A model generated the notes under the pieces. The model had not been told where the DNA came from. It did no database searches and worked only from the letters and a program-made list of their open reading frames with translations. The position numbers were made by a program, and so were the translations under genes. Below, piece after piece: positions 56,556 to 64,000 of a stretch of DNA of 64,000 bases (position 1 is its first letter; every line of letters begins with the position of its first letter). The stretch lies in NCBI GenBank assembly GCA_965284665.1, contig OZ260108.1, forward strand, positions 1,450,588 through 1,514,587, written 5' to 3'. Source of the stretch: Sphingomonadaceae bacterium (lineage in GTDB: Bacteria > Pseudomonadota > Alphaproteobacteria > Sphingomonadales > Sphingomonadaceae).

Positions 56556-57746
56556 TTGCACCAGTATCCTGACGCTCTGTCCGTAGTTCGCGCGCTCGCG
56601 CCCGACGAACCGGTCATCCTGAACCGCCCGCACGCCGCCACGCGCGCCGCCCGCTTCTTCGTTGAGAAGTTTCCGGGCAAGTCGCTCTATGCGGTGAAGG
56701 CCAATCCCTCGCCGGACCTGCTCAAGGTCCTGTGGGACGCCGGCGTGACGCATTTCGACGTCGCCTCGATTGCCGAAGTGCGGCTGGTCCGGGCTACCCT
56801 GCCCGAGGCCGTGCTGTGCTTCATGCACCCGGTTAAGACCCCCGGCGCGATTGCCGAGGCCTATCACCAGCATGGCGTACGCGTGTTCAGCCTCGATTCG
56901 ACCGAAGAGCTCGAAAAGATCGTCGCGGCAACGGATGGCGCCGAGGACCTGTCGCTCTGCGTGCGTCTGCGCGTTTCGTCGGACTATTCGGAGCTGAGCC
57001 TCGCTTCGAAGTTCGGGGTCGACCTGGCCGATGCCGCTCCGCTGCTCCAGGCCGCCCGCCAGGTCGCGGACAGCCTTGGCATCTGCTTCCACGTCGGCAG
57101 CCAGGCGATGACGCCTTTTGCCTATGTCCAGGCGATGGAACGCGTCCGCGCCGCGATTGTCGATGCCTCGGTCACGATCGACATCATCGATGTCGGTGGC
57201 GGCTTCCCGTCGATCTACCCGGGCATGGAACCGCCGCCGCTGGAAGACTACTTCGGCGTAATCCACCGCGCGGCCGAATCGCTGCCGGTGTCCTATTCGT
57301 CGGAACTGTGGTGCGAACCCGGCCGGGCGCTCTGCGCTGAATACAACTCGCTGATCGTCCGCGTCGAAAAGCGCCGCGGGAACGAGCTGTACATCAACGA
57401 CGGGGCCTATGGTGCGCTCTACGATGCCGCGCATGTCGGCTGGCGCTTCCCCGTGCAGTGCCTGACTGAAGGCGGCAGCGAAGGTGGAGAGGGCTTTGCC
57501 TTCTATGGCCCGACCTGTGATGATGCCGACTATATGGAAGGTCCCTTCCAGCTGCCGGCTGACATCAAGGCCGGTGACTATATCGAGATCGGCATGCTGG
57601 GCGCTTATGGTGCGGCGATGAAGACGGCCTTCAACGGCTTCGGCCAGGCCCAGGCGATCGGTGCGATGGACGAGCCGATGGCCAGCCTTTATCGCGGCGA
57701 TCGTGCCGATCCGCGCCAGAGCGACAACGTCGTCAGCCTGCGCTGA
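56556..57746 (+). CDS. Type III PLP ornithine/lysine decarboxylase
   Basis: YAVKANP, FDVAS, FHVGSQ, DVGGGFP, EPGRAL, GPTCD, GAYG; TTG start 56556. Confidence 0.93.
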   Translation: MHQYPDALSVVRALAPDEPVILNRPHAATRAARFFVEKFPGKSLYAVKANPSPDLLKVLWDAGVTHFDVASIAEVRLVRATLPEAVLCFMHPVKTPGAIAEAYHQHGVRVFSLDSTEELEKIVAATDGAEDLSLCVRLRVSSDYSELSLASKFGVDLADAAPLLQAARQVADSLGICFHVGSQAMTPFAYVQAMERVRAAIVDASVTIDIIDVGGGFPSIYPGMEPPPLEDYFGVIHRAAESLPVSYSSELWCEPGRALCAEYNSLIVRVEKRRGNELYINDGAYGALYDAAHVGWRFPVQCLTEGGSEGGEGFAFYGPTCDDADYMEGPFQLPADIKAGDYIEIGMLGAYGAAMKTAFNGFGQAQAIGAMDEPMASLYRGDRADPRQSDNVVSLR

Positions 57747-57767
57747 GCGTCTGAGAACCGGAAAAGC

Positions 57768-57803
57768 GAAAGGGCGGCCTCACCTGGGTGAGGCCGCCCT
57801 TTC
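57768..57803. terminator. Bidirectional terminator between odc and hemA
   Basis: Perfect 16-bp stem GAAAGGGCGGCCTCAC-ctgg-GTGAGGCCGCCCTTTC. Confidence 0.85.
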
Positions 57804-57831
57804 CGCACTCTGAGGCGCCAGCTAGCTAGTC

Positions 57832-59046
57832 TCAGGCGGCCAGCTTCAGTTCCAGACGTTCCCAGATCTCGACCAGCGCTGCGGTCAGTTCGCGCATCAT
57901 CGCTTCGGTATGGGCCGGGCCAGGAGTGAAGCGCAGCCGCTCGGTTCCGCGCGGCACGGTCGGGAAGTTGATCGGCTGCACGTAGACGCCATATTCGGCC
58001 AGCAGGATGTCGCTGATCTGCTTGGCGCGGACCGGATCGCCAACCATCAGCGGAACGATATGGGTAGTGCTGGGCATGACGGGCAGGCCAGCCTCGGCCA
58101 AGGACTGCTTGAGGAAGGCGGCTGCGGCCTGCTGGCCTTCGCGCTCAATGCTCGACTGCTTGAGGTGGCGGACCGAGGCGAGCACCCCAGCAACCAGTAC
58201 CGGCGAGAGCGAGGTCGTGAAGATGAAGCCGGGGGCGTATGAGCGGATCACGTCGATGATCTTCGAATCGGCCGCGATATAGCCGCCCATCACCCCAAAT
58301 GCCTTGCCCAGCGTGCCCTCGATGATGGTGATGCGGCTGGCCGCTTCGTCACGCTCGGAAATGCCGCCACCGCGTGCACCGTACATGCCGACCGCGTGGA
58401 CTTCGTCGATATAGGTCAGCGCATTGTACTTGTCGGCCAGGTCGCAGATCGCGTGGATCGGGGCGACATCGCCGTCCATCGAATAGACGCTTTCGAAGGC
58501 GATCAGCTTGGGGAGCGCCGGATCGGTTTCGGCCAGCAGCTCTTCCAGGTGCGCGATATCGTTGTGTCGGAACACCTTCTTTTCCGCGCCGGAATTGCGG
58601 ATCCCCGCGATCATGCTGGCGTGGTTGAGCTCGTCCGAAAAGATCACGCAGCCTGGCAGGATCTTGGCCAGGGTCGATAGCGTGGCATCGTTCGAGACAT
58701 AGCCCGAAGTGAACAGCAGCGCCCCGTCCTTGCCGTGCAGGTCGGCCAGTTCGCGCTCCAGATCGACGTGGTAATGGGTGTTGCCGCCGATGTTGCGGGT
58801 GCCGCCCGATCCGGCGCCGACGTCGTGCAGCGCCTCTTCCATCGCGGTGATGACCTTGGGGTGCTGACCCATCGCCAGGTAGTCGTTGGAACACCAGACA
58901 GTGATCGGCTTGGGGCCGTTGTGCCCGGCAAAACAGCGGGCGTTGGGGTATGCGCCCTTGTTGCGCAGGATGTCGATGAACACCCGATAGCGGCCTTCCG
59001 AATGCAGCCGGTCGATCGCCTGGTCGAAAATCTGTTCGTAGTTCAC
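57832..59046 (-). CDS. hemA: 5-aminolevulinate synthase
   Basis: [47 protein letters not shown]. Confidence 0.97.
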   Translation of the reverse strand: MNYEQIFDQAIDRLHSEGRYRVFIDILRNKGAYPNARCFAGHNGPKPITVWCSNDYLAMGQHPKVITAMEEALHDVGAGSGGTRNIGGNTHYHVDLERELADLHGKDGALLFTSGYVSNDATLSTLAKILPGCVIFSDELNHASMIAGIRNSGAEKKVFRHNDIAHLEELLAETDPALPKLIAFESVYSMDGDVAPIHAICDLADKYNALTYIDEVHAVGMYGARGGGISERDEAASRITIIEGTLGKAFGVMGGYIAADSKIIDVIRSYAPGFIFTTSLSPVLVAGVLASVRHLKQSSIEREGQQAAAAFLKQSLAEAGLPVMPSTTHIVPLMVGDPVRAKQISDILLAEYGVYVQPINFPTVPRGTERLRFTPGPAHTEAMMRELTAALVEIWERLELKLAA

Positions 59047-59110
59047 TAGCGGGTTCCGCTTCCTGCTTTCCCGGCGCCTCTAGCCCAAGCGCCTTTCCGG
59101 CGCCAGCAAC

Positions 59111-60025
59111 TTATTGCCGGAAGCCGGTCTGGACCAGAGTCCGGGCGGCCTTGTCGTTTATGATCCATTCGTAGTCATGGCCGGGAAGGACCACCAGGCC
59201 CGGAGCCTGCGCTTTGAGCGCGCGGATCGTGCGCAGCCAGGCGAAGACCTCGCGGCGGTCCTCGGGCGCGAAATGGTTGCCAATCAATCGTGAGCGGGCG
59301 CGCAGCTCCTGCCAGCTGGCAGCCAGCGTGGCGATATCCCCGGCAAACAGGACTTCGCGGCCATCGGCCAGGCGGACGTAGATCATTTGCGAGCCAGGCG
59401 TGTGGCTGGGCGCCGGGATCACCACAACGCCCGGGGCAACGGCTTGAGGTCCGCCATCGCTCAGGCTGGCGGCGGGCGGCGATCCGTTCCAGGCGAGCGC
59501 GGCGGCGTAAGTAGAGGGCGGCAGTTGCCCGCGATTGAGTCGGGCCACAGCGGTCAATGGCGCCCCGCCATTGCGGGCCAGGGCGCCAAGGTGGTCGGGA
59601 TGCTCGTGAGTCGCCAGGATCAGGCCAGCGACCGCCATGGCGCGATCGACCTTGGCCTGCCCTTCGGGCCAATACTGGTCCATCCCCATCGCGGCGGCAT
59701 CGATCCGGTGCAGGCCGGTGTCGATGATGATGGGCTTGCCCCCCGATACCGGCAGGCGCCAGGCCATTACCCCGATCAGCGCGCGCTTCATGCCTTGGCC
59801 AGCGGCGAAGAAATTGCGGGGGAGGTGCCGCTGCGCGACGAGTTCGAGCTCGACCGCGCCGGGGGCCGCGCCGGGGATTGATCCGGCCAGGCCGCGGAGT
59901 TGTTCGATCGTGATCGGCTTCGGTTCCGCTTTGCCCGGCCGGTTGTCCAGCAGCAGCCAGTAGTAAGGCAGGCCGATCAGCAGGATCAGCACCAGCAACG
60001 TCAGGTTGATCTTGCGACGCATCAC
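59111..60025 (-). CDS. Metallo-beta-lactamase fold hydrolase, N-terminally anchored
   Basis: THEHPDH, HTPGS, FAGD, PGHD; N-terminal TM. Confidence 0.88.
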   Translation of the reverse strand: MMRRKINLTLLVLILLIGLPYYWLLLDNRPGKAEPKPITIEQLRGLAGSIPGAAPGAVELELVAQRHLPRNFFAAGQGMKRALIGVMAWRLPVSGGKPIIIDTGLHRIDAAAMGMDQYWPEGQAKVDRAMAVAGLILATHEHPDHLGALARNGGAPLTAVARLNRGQLPPSTYAAALAWNGSPPAASLSDGGPQAVAPGVVVIPAPSHTPGSQMIYVRLADGREVLFAGDIATLAASWQELRARSRLIGNHFAPEDRREVFAWLRTIRALKAQAPGLVVLPGHDYEWIINDKAARTLVQTGFRQ

Positions 60026-60825
60026 AGCACCTCCATCCGGGTCAGGCCATAGCGCACCAGGGCCGGAGCCAGAGCGGCCAAATCGGCGTCCGCGCGGGTA
60101 AACAAGGCCAAGTCTGGCGCCGGACGGATCATGGCCTGACTTTCGGTCAGCCGGGCAATCCGCCGGGCAATGCCGGCTGCGCCGTGGACGAAAGCCACGC
60201 CAGGCCCAAAGGCCTCGGCCAGCTCTGCTTCCACCAGCGGGAAGTGGGTGCAGGCAAGCACGACCGTATCGATCTGCGCACCGCCGGGCTGATCGCGCAA
60301 GGCCGCCGCGGCGCGGCGATAGACCGCGGGATCGACCGGATCGCCGCGCAGCTTGGCCTCGGCCGCACCGACCAGTTCGGGGGCAGCGGCCCTCAGCAGG
60401 GTCTTGCCTTGCGCAAACTCGGCCTCAAGCCGGTCAACATAGGGTTGGCGGATCGTCGCGGCTGTCCCCAGCAGGCCGATCGTACCGCTGCGGGTCTGCT
60501 CGGCGGCCAGCTTGATCGCGGGAACGGTGCCGACAATCGGAATCTCGAGTACGTCGCGCACCATGCCGAGCGCGATGGTCGAGGCGGTGTTGCAGGCGAT
60601 GCAGATCAGGCGAGGGCGGTAACGCTCGGCCATGCGGCCCAGCAGCCCGCAGACCCGCGCCGCCACTTCGGCTTCGGTCTTCGGGCCATAGGGCAGGCCG
60701 CCGTTGTCGGCCGCGTAGATCACCGGCGCATCGGGCAGGAGCGCACGCACTTCGGCCAGCACCGACAGGCCGCCGACCCCGGAATCGAACAGGAGCAAGG
60801 GTGCAGCAGGATCGATTTCGGACAT
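60022..60825 (-). CDS. murI: Glutamate racemase
   Basis: FDSGVGGLSV, IACNTAS, VVLACTHFP; start ATG 60825. Confidence 0.96.
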   Translation of the reverse strand: MSEIDPAAPLLLFDSGVGGLSVLAEVRALLPDAPVIYAADNGGLPYGPKTEAEVAARVCGLLGRMAERYRPRLICIACNTASTIALGMVRDVLEIPIVGTVPAIKLAAEQTRSGTIGLLGTAATIRQPYVDRLEAEFAQGKTLLRAAAPELVGAAEAKLRGDPVDPAVYRRAAAALRDQPGGAQIDTVVLACTHFPLVEAELAEAFGPGVAFVHGAAGIARRIARLTESQAMIRPAPDLALFTRADADLAALAPALVRYGLTRMEVL

Positions 60826-60900
60826 ATTCCCCCGGGCCGGTCTTGCCGGTGAGCCGTCCTTGTAGCTACGATCAGGGCGCAAAGGGAAGGGATCGTTCGG

Positions 60901-61482
60901 ATGGAAAACCTGATCGCACTCGCGCTGGGCTATGCGCTGGGGTCGATCCCCTTTGGCCTGATCCTGACGAGCCTGTCGGGCGCCGGGGACCTGCGGAACA
61001 TTGGCTCGGGCAATATCGGCGCCACCAATGTGCTGCGGACCGGGCGCAAGGGCATTGCGGCGGCAACCCTGCTGCTCGATCTGCTCAAGGCACTGGCGGC
61101 CGTGCTGCTGGTCCGGGCATACTGGCCGGGGCATGAAGCGCTGGCCGCGCTCGGCGCGATCCTGGGGCACTGCTTCCCGGTCTGGCTGCGGTTCAAGGGC
61201 GGCAAGGGCGTCGCTTCGATGATGGGCGCCTCGCTGGCGCTCGCCTGGCCGATCGGCCTTGCCTATGCGGTCACCTGGCTGGGCTTGCTGGCGGTCACCC
61301 GGATTTCCTCGCTGGCGGGAATGGTCGCGGCGATAGTCGCCCCGATTGCCGCCTGGTGGCTGGGCCTGACGGACTATGCTCTGGTGCTGGCCGTCATCGC
61401 CGTGCTGGTGCTGATCCTCCATCGCGGCAACATCCAGCGGCTGCTGGCCGGTACCGAACCGCGCGTCGGCAGCAAGGCCTGA
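60901..61482 (+). CDS. plsY: Glycerol-3-phosphate acyltransferase PlsY
   Basis: GSIPFG, GSGNIGATNVLR, GHCFP, FKGGKGVA, HRGNIQRL. Confidence 0.97.
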   Translation: MENLIALALGYALGSIPFGLILTSLSGAGDLRNIGSGNIGATNVLRTGRKGIAAATLLLDLLKALAAVLLVRAYWPGHEALAALGAILGHCFPVWLRFKGGKGVASMMGASLALAWPIGLAYAVTWLGLLAVTRISSLAGMVAAIVAPIAAWWLGLTDYALVLAVIAVLVLILHRGNIQRLLAGTEPRVGSKA

Positions 61483-62567
61483 TGGAAGCGCTCAGCCAGG
61501 CGGAGGCCTTCGCGCGCATCCGCCTGCTGCGCTCGCCCAATGTCGGTCCGGTTTCCTATCGCCAGCTGCTGCATCGCTTCGGCTCGGCGGAGGCTGCGCT
61601 GGCGGCCTTGCCCGACCTCGTCCAGCGTGGCGGCGGTGGCTATCAGCCCGCCAGTGAAGAGCGGGTGTCAGCGGAAGTGCAGGCAGTCCGATCGGCCGGG
61701 GCGCGTTACCTGTTCCACGATTCGCCGGACTATCCGCCTTTGCTGGCCGAACTGGAAGGTGCACCGCCAATCCTGACCTGCCGAGGCGACACTGCGCTGG
61801 GTCAGCGACCTGCCGTGGCAATCGTCGGCGCGCGCAATGCCTCGGCCGCTGCGGTCAAGCTGGCGCGGATGTTTGCGGGCGAACTTGCCGAGGCGGGTTT
61901 CGTGGTGGTTTCGGGCCTGGCCCGCGGGATCGACGGGGCGGCGCATCAGGCCAGCCTCTCCGGCGGCACGATCGGGGTGATCGCCAGCGGGATCGAGATC
62001 GCCTATCCACCCGAACATGCCGAACTACAGGAAGCGGTGGCGACGCAGGGCCTGTTGCTGGCCGAACAGCCGCCGGGGACCGAGCCGCTGGCGCGTCACT
62101 TCCCGTCGCGCAACCGGATCATCGCCGGGATCGCGGCGGGCACCCTGATTGTTGAGGCGGCGCCCAAGTCCGGCTCGCTGATCACCGCGCGGCTGGCGGG
62201 GGAGGCGGGGCGTGAGGTGATGGCCGTGCCTGGCTCACCGCTCGATAGCCGCTCGCAGGGCTGCAATCAGCTGATCCGCGACGGAGCAACGCTGGTCCAG
62301 CGGACCGAGGACGTGATCGAGCTGCTGACCAGCTTTCAGGGCCAGCCGCGCTCGGTCCTGCGCGAAAGTGCGGCAGACTGGGACTACCCGGAACCGGTCG
62401 GTGATCCAGCCGATATCGCCAGCCTGCTGACTACTGCCCCGGTGGCAGTCGATGAACTGGTCCGGCAAAGCGGATCGAGTGCCGGGGCGGTACAACTGGC
62501 GCTGCTGGAGATGGAGCTGGCTGGCAGCCTGGTCCGTCACGCCGGCGGCCGGGTCAGCCGCACCTGA
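61482..62567 (+). CDS. dprA: DNA-processing protein DprA
   Basis: VAIVGAR, SGLARGID, FPSRNRII, SGSLITA, VPGSP; start ATG 61482. Confidence 0.96.
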   Translation: MEALSQAEAFARIRLLRSPNVGPVSYRQLLHRFGSAEAALAALPDLVQRGGGGYQPASEERVSAEVQAVRSAGARYLFHDSPDYPPLLAELEGAPPILTCRGDTALGQRPAVAIVGARNASAAAVKLARMFAGELAEAGFVVVSGLARGIDGAAHQASLSGGTIGVIASGIEIAYPPEHAELQEAVATQGLLLAEQPPGTEPLARHFPSRNRIIAGIAAGTLIVEAAPKSGSLITARLAGEAGREVMAVPGSPLDSRSQGCNQLIRDGATLVQRTEDVIELLTSFQGQPRSVLRESAADWDYPEPVGDPADIASLLTTAPVAVDELVRQSGSSAGAVQLALLEMELAGSLVRHAGGRVSRT

Positions 62568-62587
62568 CCGTGGATGGAGGAGCACGC

Positions 62588-62950
62588 ATGACCGATCTCG
62601 TCTTCCCGCGCCGGATGTTCCGCTGGGCCGCGATTTATGGCGTGATTGTGCTCGCTCCGCTCTACTTCACGCCGCTGCCGCCGGTCTTGGCTGAGACGTT
62701 CCTGGGCTTCGTCGGCCTGGCTCTGGTGTTCCAGGCCGTATTCTGGATCATCGGCGGCGATCCGGTGAAGTACCGGGCGTTGATGCTGCCAGCCGTGGCT
62801 GAGAAGCTGGTGTTCGGCCTGCCTGCCCTGGCATTGTTCGCTCAGGGCTATCCCGTGCCTCCGCCAGTTGCTGGCTTTGCGGCGATCGACGTGGCTTTGG
62901 GGCTGGGCTTCTGGTTGGCCTGGCGCCAGACCCGCTCATCCCCCGGCTAG
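62588..62950 (+). CDS. Small membrane protein of unknown function
   Basis: Four hydrophobic segments; RBS GGAGGAG before ATG 62588. Confidence 0.7.
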   Translation: MTDLVFPRRMFRWAAIYGVIVLAPLYFTPLPPVLAETFLGFVGLALVFQAVFWIIGGDPVKYRALMLPAVAEKLVFGLPALALFAQGYPVPPPVAGFAAIDVALGLGFWLAWRQTRSSPG

Positions 62951-63504
62951 TCGTTCCGGTCGCAGGGCGGATCCATATCGCCGCCGCGGCAGATCACCGA
63001 GCCGCTGAGCACGGCCTCGGCCCATTGCACGTCATCCTCGGTCGGCACGCTGCGGATGGCCACCTGGCGCGCCATCAGGTCCTGCTCGCCAGTCACCAGT
63101 AGCAGGAAGAAGGTTTCCGGCTTGCCAGTGGCAGGAAGCGCCGCACAATCGATCCGGACCTGCACCGCCGGCCGGCCGGAAACGGTCAGCTCATTTGGCG
63201 TGGTGCTGGTAGCCCCGGGGCAGGATTGAGCGACGCCCCGGATCATCAATCGCGCGAAGTCGGCCGGGGCGATCCGCGCGGCCAGCCCGGCGAAGCGCTG
63301 CGTCGTGATCATCCGCGACCAGCGCTGGACCGTCTCGCCCTGCGGCACCTCCTCGCGGATCGAGCGCTGCTGATCGCCCGCCTTGTAGCCCACGACATAG
63401 CCCGGCAGCAGCGCGCCCTCCAGCCGTTCCGGCCCGGTGGTCTGTGCCGAGAGACTGGACGAAGCCATTGCCAGCACCAGTCCCAGCTTGCCCCAAAACC
63501 GCAC
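62947..63504 (-). CDS. Secreted hypothetical protein with four Cys
   Basis: Signal peptide after GTG 63504 (RBS AAGGGGGA); ETVQRWSRMITTQRF. Confidence 0.65.
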   Translation of the reverse strand: MRFWGKLGLVLAMASSSLSAQTTGPERLEGALLPGYVVGYKAGDQQRSIREEVPQGETVQRWSRMITTQRFAGLAARIAPADFARLMIRGVAQSCPGATSTTPNELTVSGRPAVQVRIDCAALPATGKPETFFLLLVTGEQDLMARQVAIRSVPTEDDVQWAEAVLSGSVICRGGDMDPPCDRND

Positions 63505-63585
63505 CCTTGATCCCCCTTGACGGCGGGCCAGCCGCGCCGCCACCCTCGCGTGTACGTATACGCGTAAGGATTGCAATCACCCGTC

Positions 63586-64000
63586 ATGCAACTTGTCATC
63601 GTTGAATCCCCGGCCAAGGCCAAGACCATCGAGAAGTATCTGGGCAAGGATTTCACCGTCCTCGCCTCCTATGGTCACATCCGCGATCTGCCGCCCAAGG
63701 ACGGCTCGGTCCGCCCGGATGAAGACTTCGCGATGGATTGGGAACTCTATGGCGACAAGGCCAGCCGGGTGAAGGCGATCACCGATGCGGCCAAGTCGGC
63801 CGACCGCCTGATTCTCGCGACCGACCCTGACCGTGAGGGTGAGGCGATCTCGTGGCACGTCCAGGAACTGCTGGCCAAGCGCAAGGCCCTGCCCAAGGAT
63901 GTTCAGCGCGTCACCTTCAACGCGATCACCAAGGATGCCGTGACCACGGCGATGACCCAGCCGCGTGCGCTGGATCATGACCTGATCGATGCCTACCTCG
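63586..64000 (+). CDS. topA: DNA topoisomerase I (partial, runs off the window; absent from the ORF track)
   Basis: ATG 63586 reads MQLVIVESPAKAKTIEKYLG...ASYGHIRDLP...LATDPDREGEAISWH (TOPRIM). Confidence 0.97.
   Translation, partial: MQLVIVESPAKAKTIEKYLGKDFTVLASYGHIRDLPPKDGSVRPDEDFAMDWELYGDKASRVKAITDAAKSADRLILATDPDREGEAISWHVQELLAKRKALPKDVQRVTFNAITKDAVTTAMTQPRALDHDLIDAYL

Noticed and set aside
59111-60025. Metallo-beta-lactamase resistance gene
   Set aside because: HxHxDH marks the broad MBL fold; the core-gene context (murI, hemA) suggests a housekeeping hydrolase.
1-64000. Prophage, IS elements, toxin-antitoxin or anti-phage defence systems
   Set aside because: No ORF shows transposase, integrase, phage structural, nuclease-NTPase or TA motifs.

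Overview
GC-rich alphaproteobacterial chromosomal window; gene content and order point to Sphingomonadales (Novosphingobium/Erythrobacteraceae-like), which is an inference. Four blocks: (1) ~1-25.2 kb: a large uncharacterised catabolic-type cluster with a TonB receptor, RND pair, CitE-like lyase, MaoC hydratase, acyl-CoA dehydrogenase, two CoA-transferases, two MmgE/PrpD proteins, a PaaK-like ligase, amidase, HapK, SDR, PuuE-like hydrolase, atypical crotonase, VOC, YciI, DUF4440 and DUF1330. It has a GntR/HutC regulator and a palindrome TGTCCGGACA repeated at three promoter-proximal sites. (2) 25.2-35.3 kb: sulfoquinovose monooxygenase (sulfo-SMO) cluster with TonB receptor, MFS importer, putative sulfite/sulfate exporter, GH31 sulfoquinovosidase, LacI, SmoB-like and SmoC-like genes, but no flavin reductase. 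(3) 35.9-45.4 kb: chemotaxis cluster with CtrA-like boxes, two MCPs and a GGDEF-EAL gene. (4) 45.5-64 kb: mostly core genes (tRNA-Phe, yacG, RNase E/G-like, maf, infA, polyamine synthesis, hemA, murI, plsY, dprA, partial topA). Several CGTC-type REP palindromes are present. No integrase, transposase, CRISPR array or phage genes were seen. The best novel-system candidate is block 1 with its operator. Other notable signals are a two-state structured leader over the RBS of the ornithine decarboxylase and an alternating purine-pyrimidine tract just upstream of topA. All calls come from reading motifs; no database searches were run.
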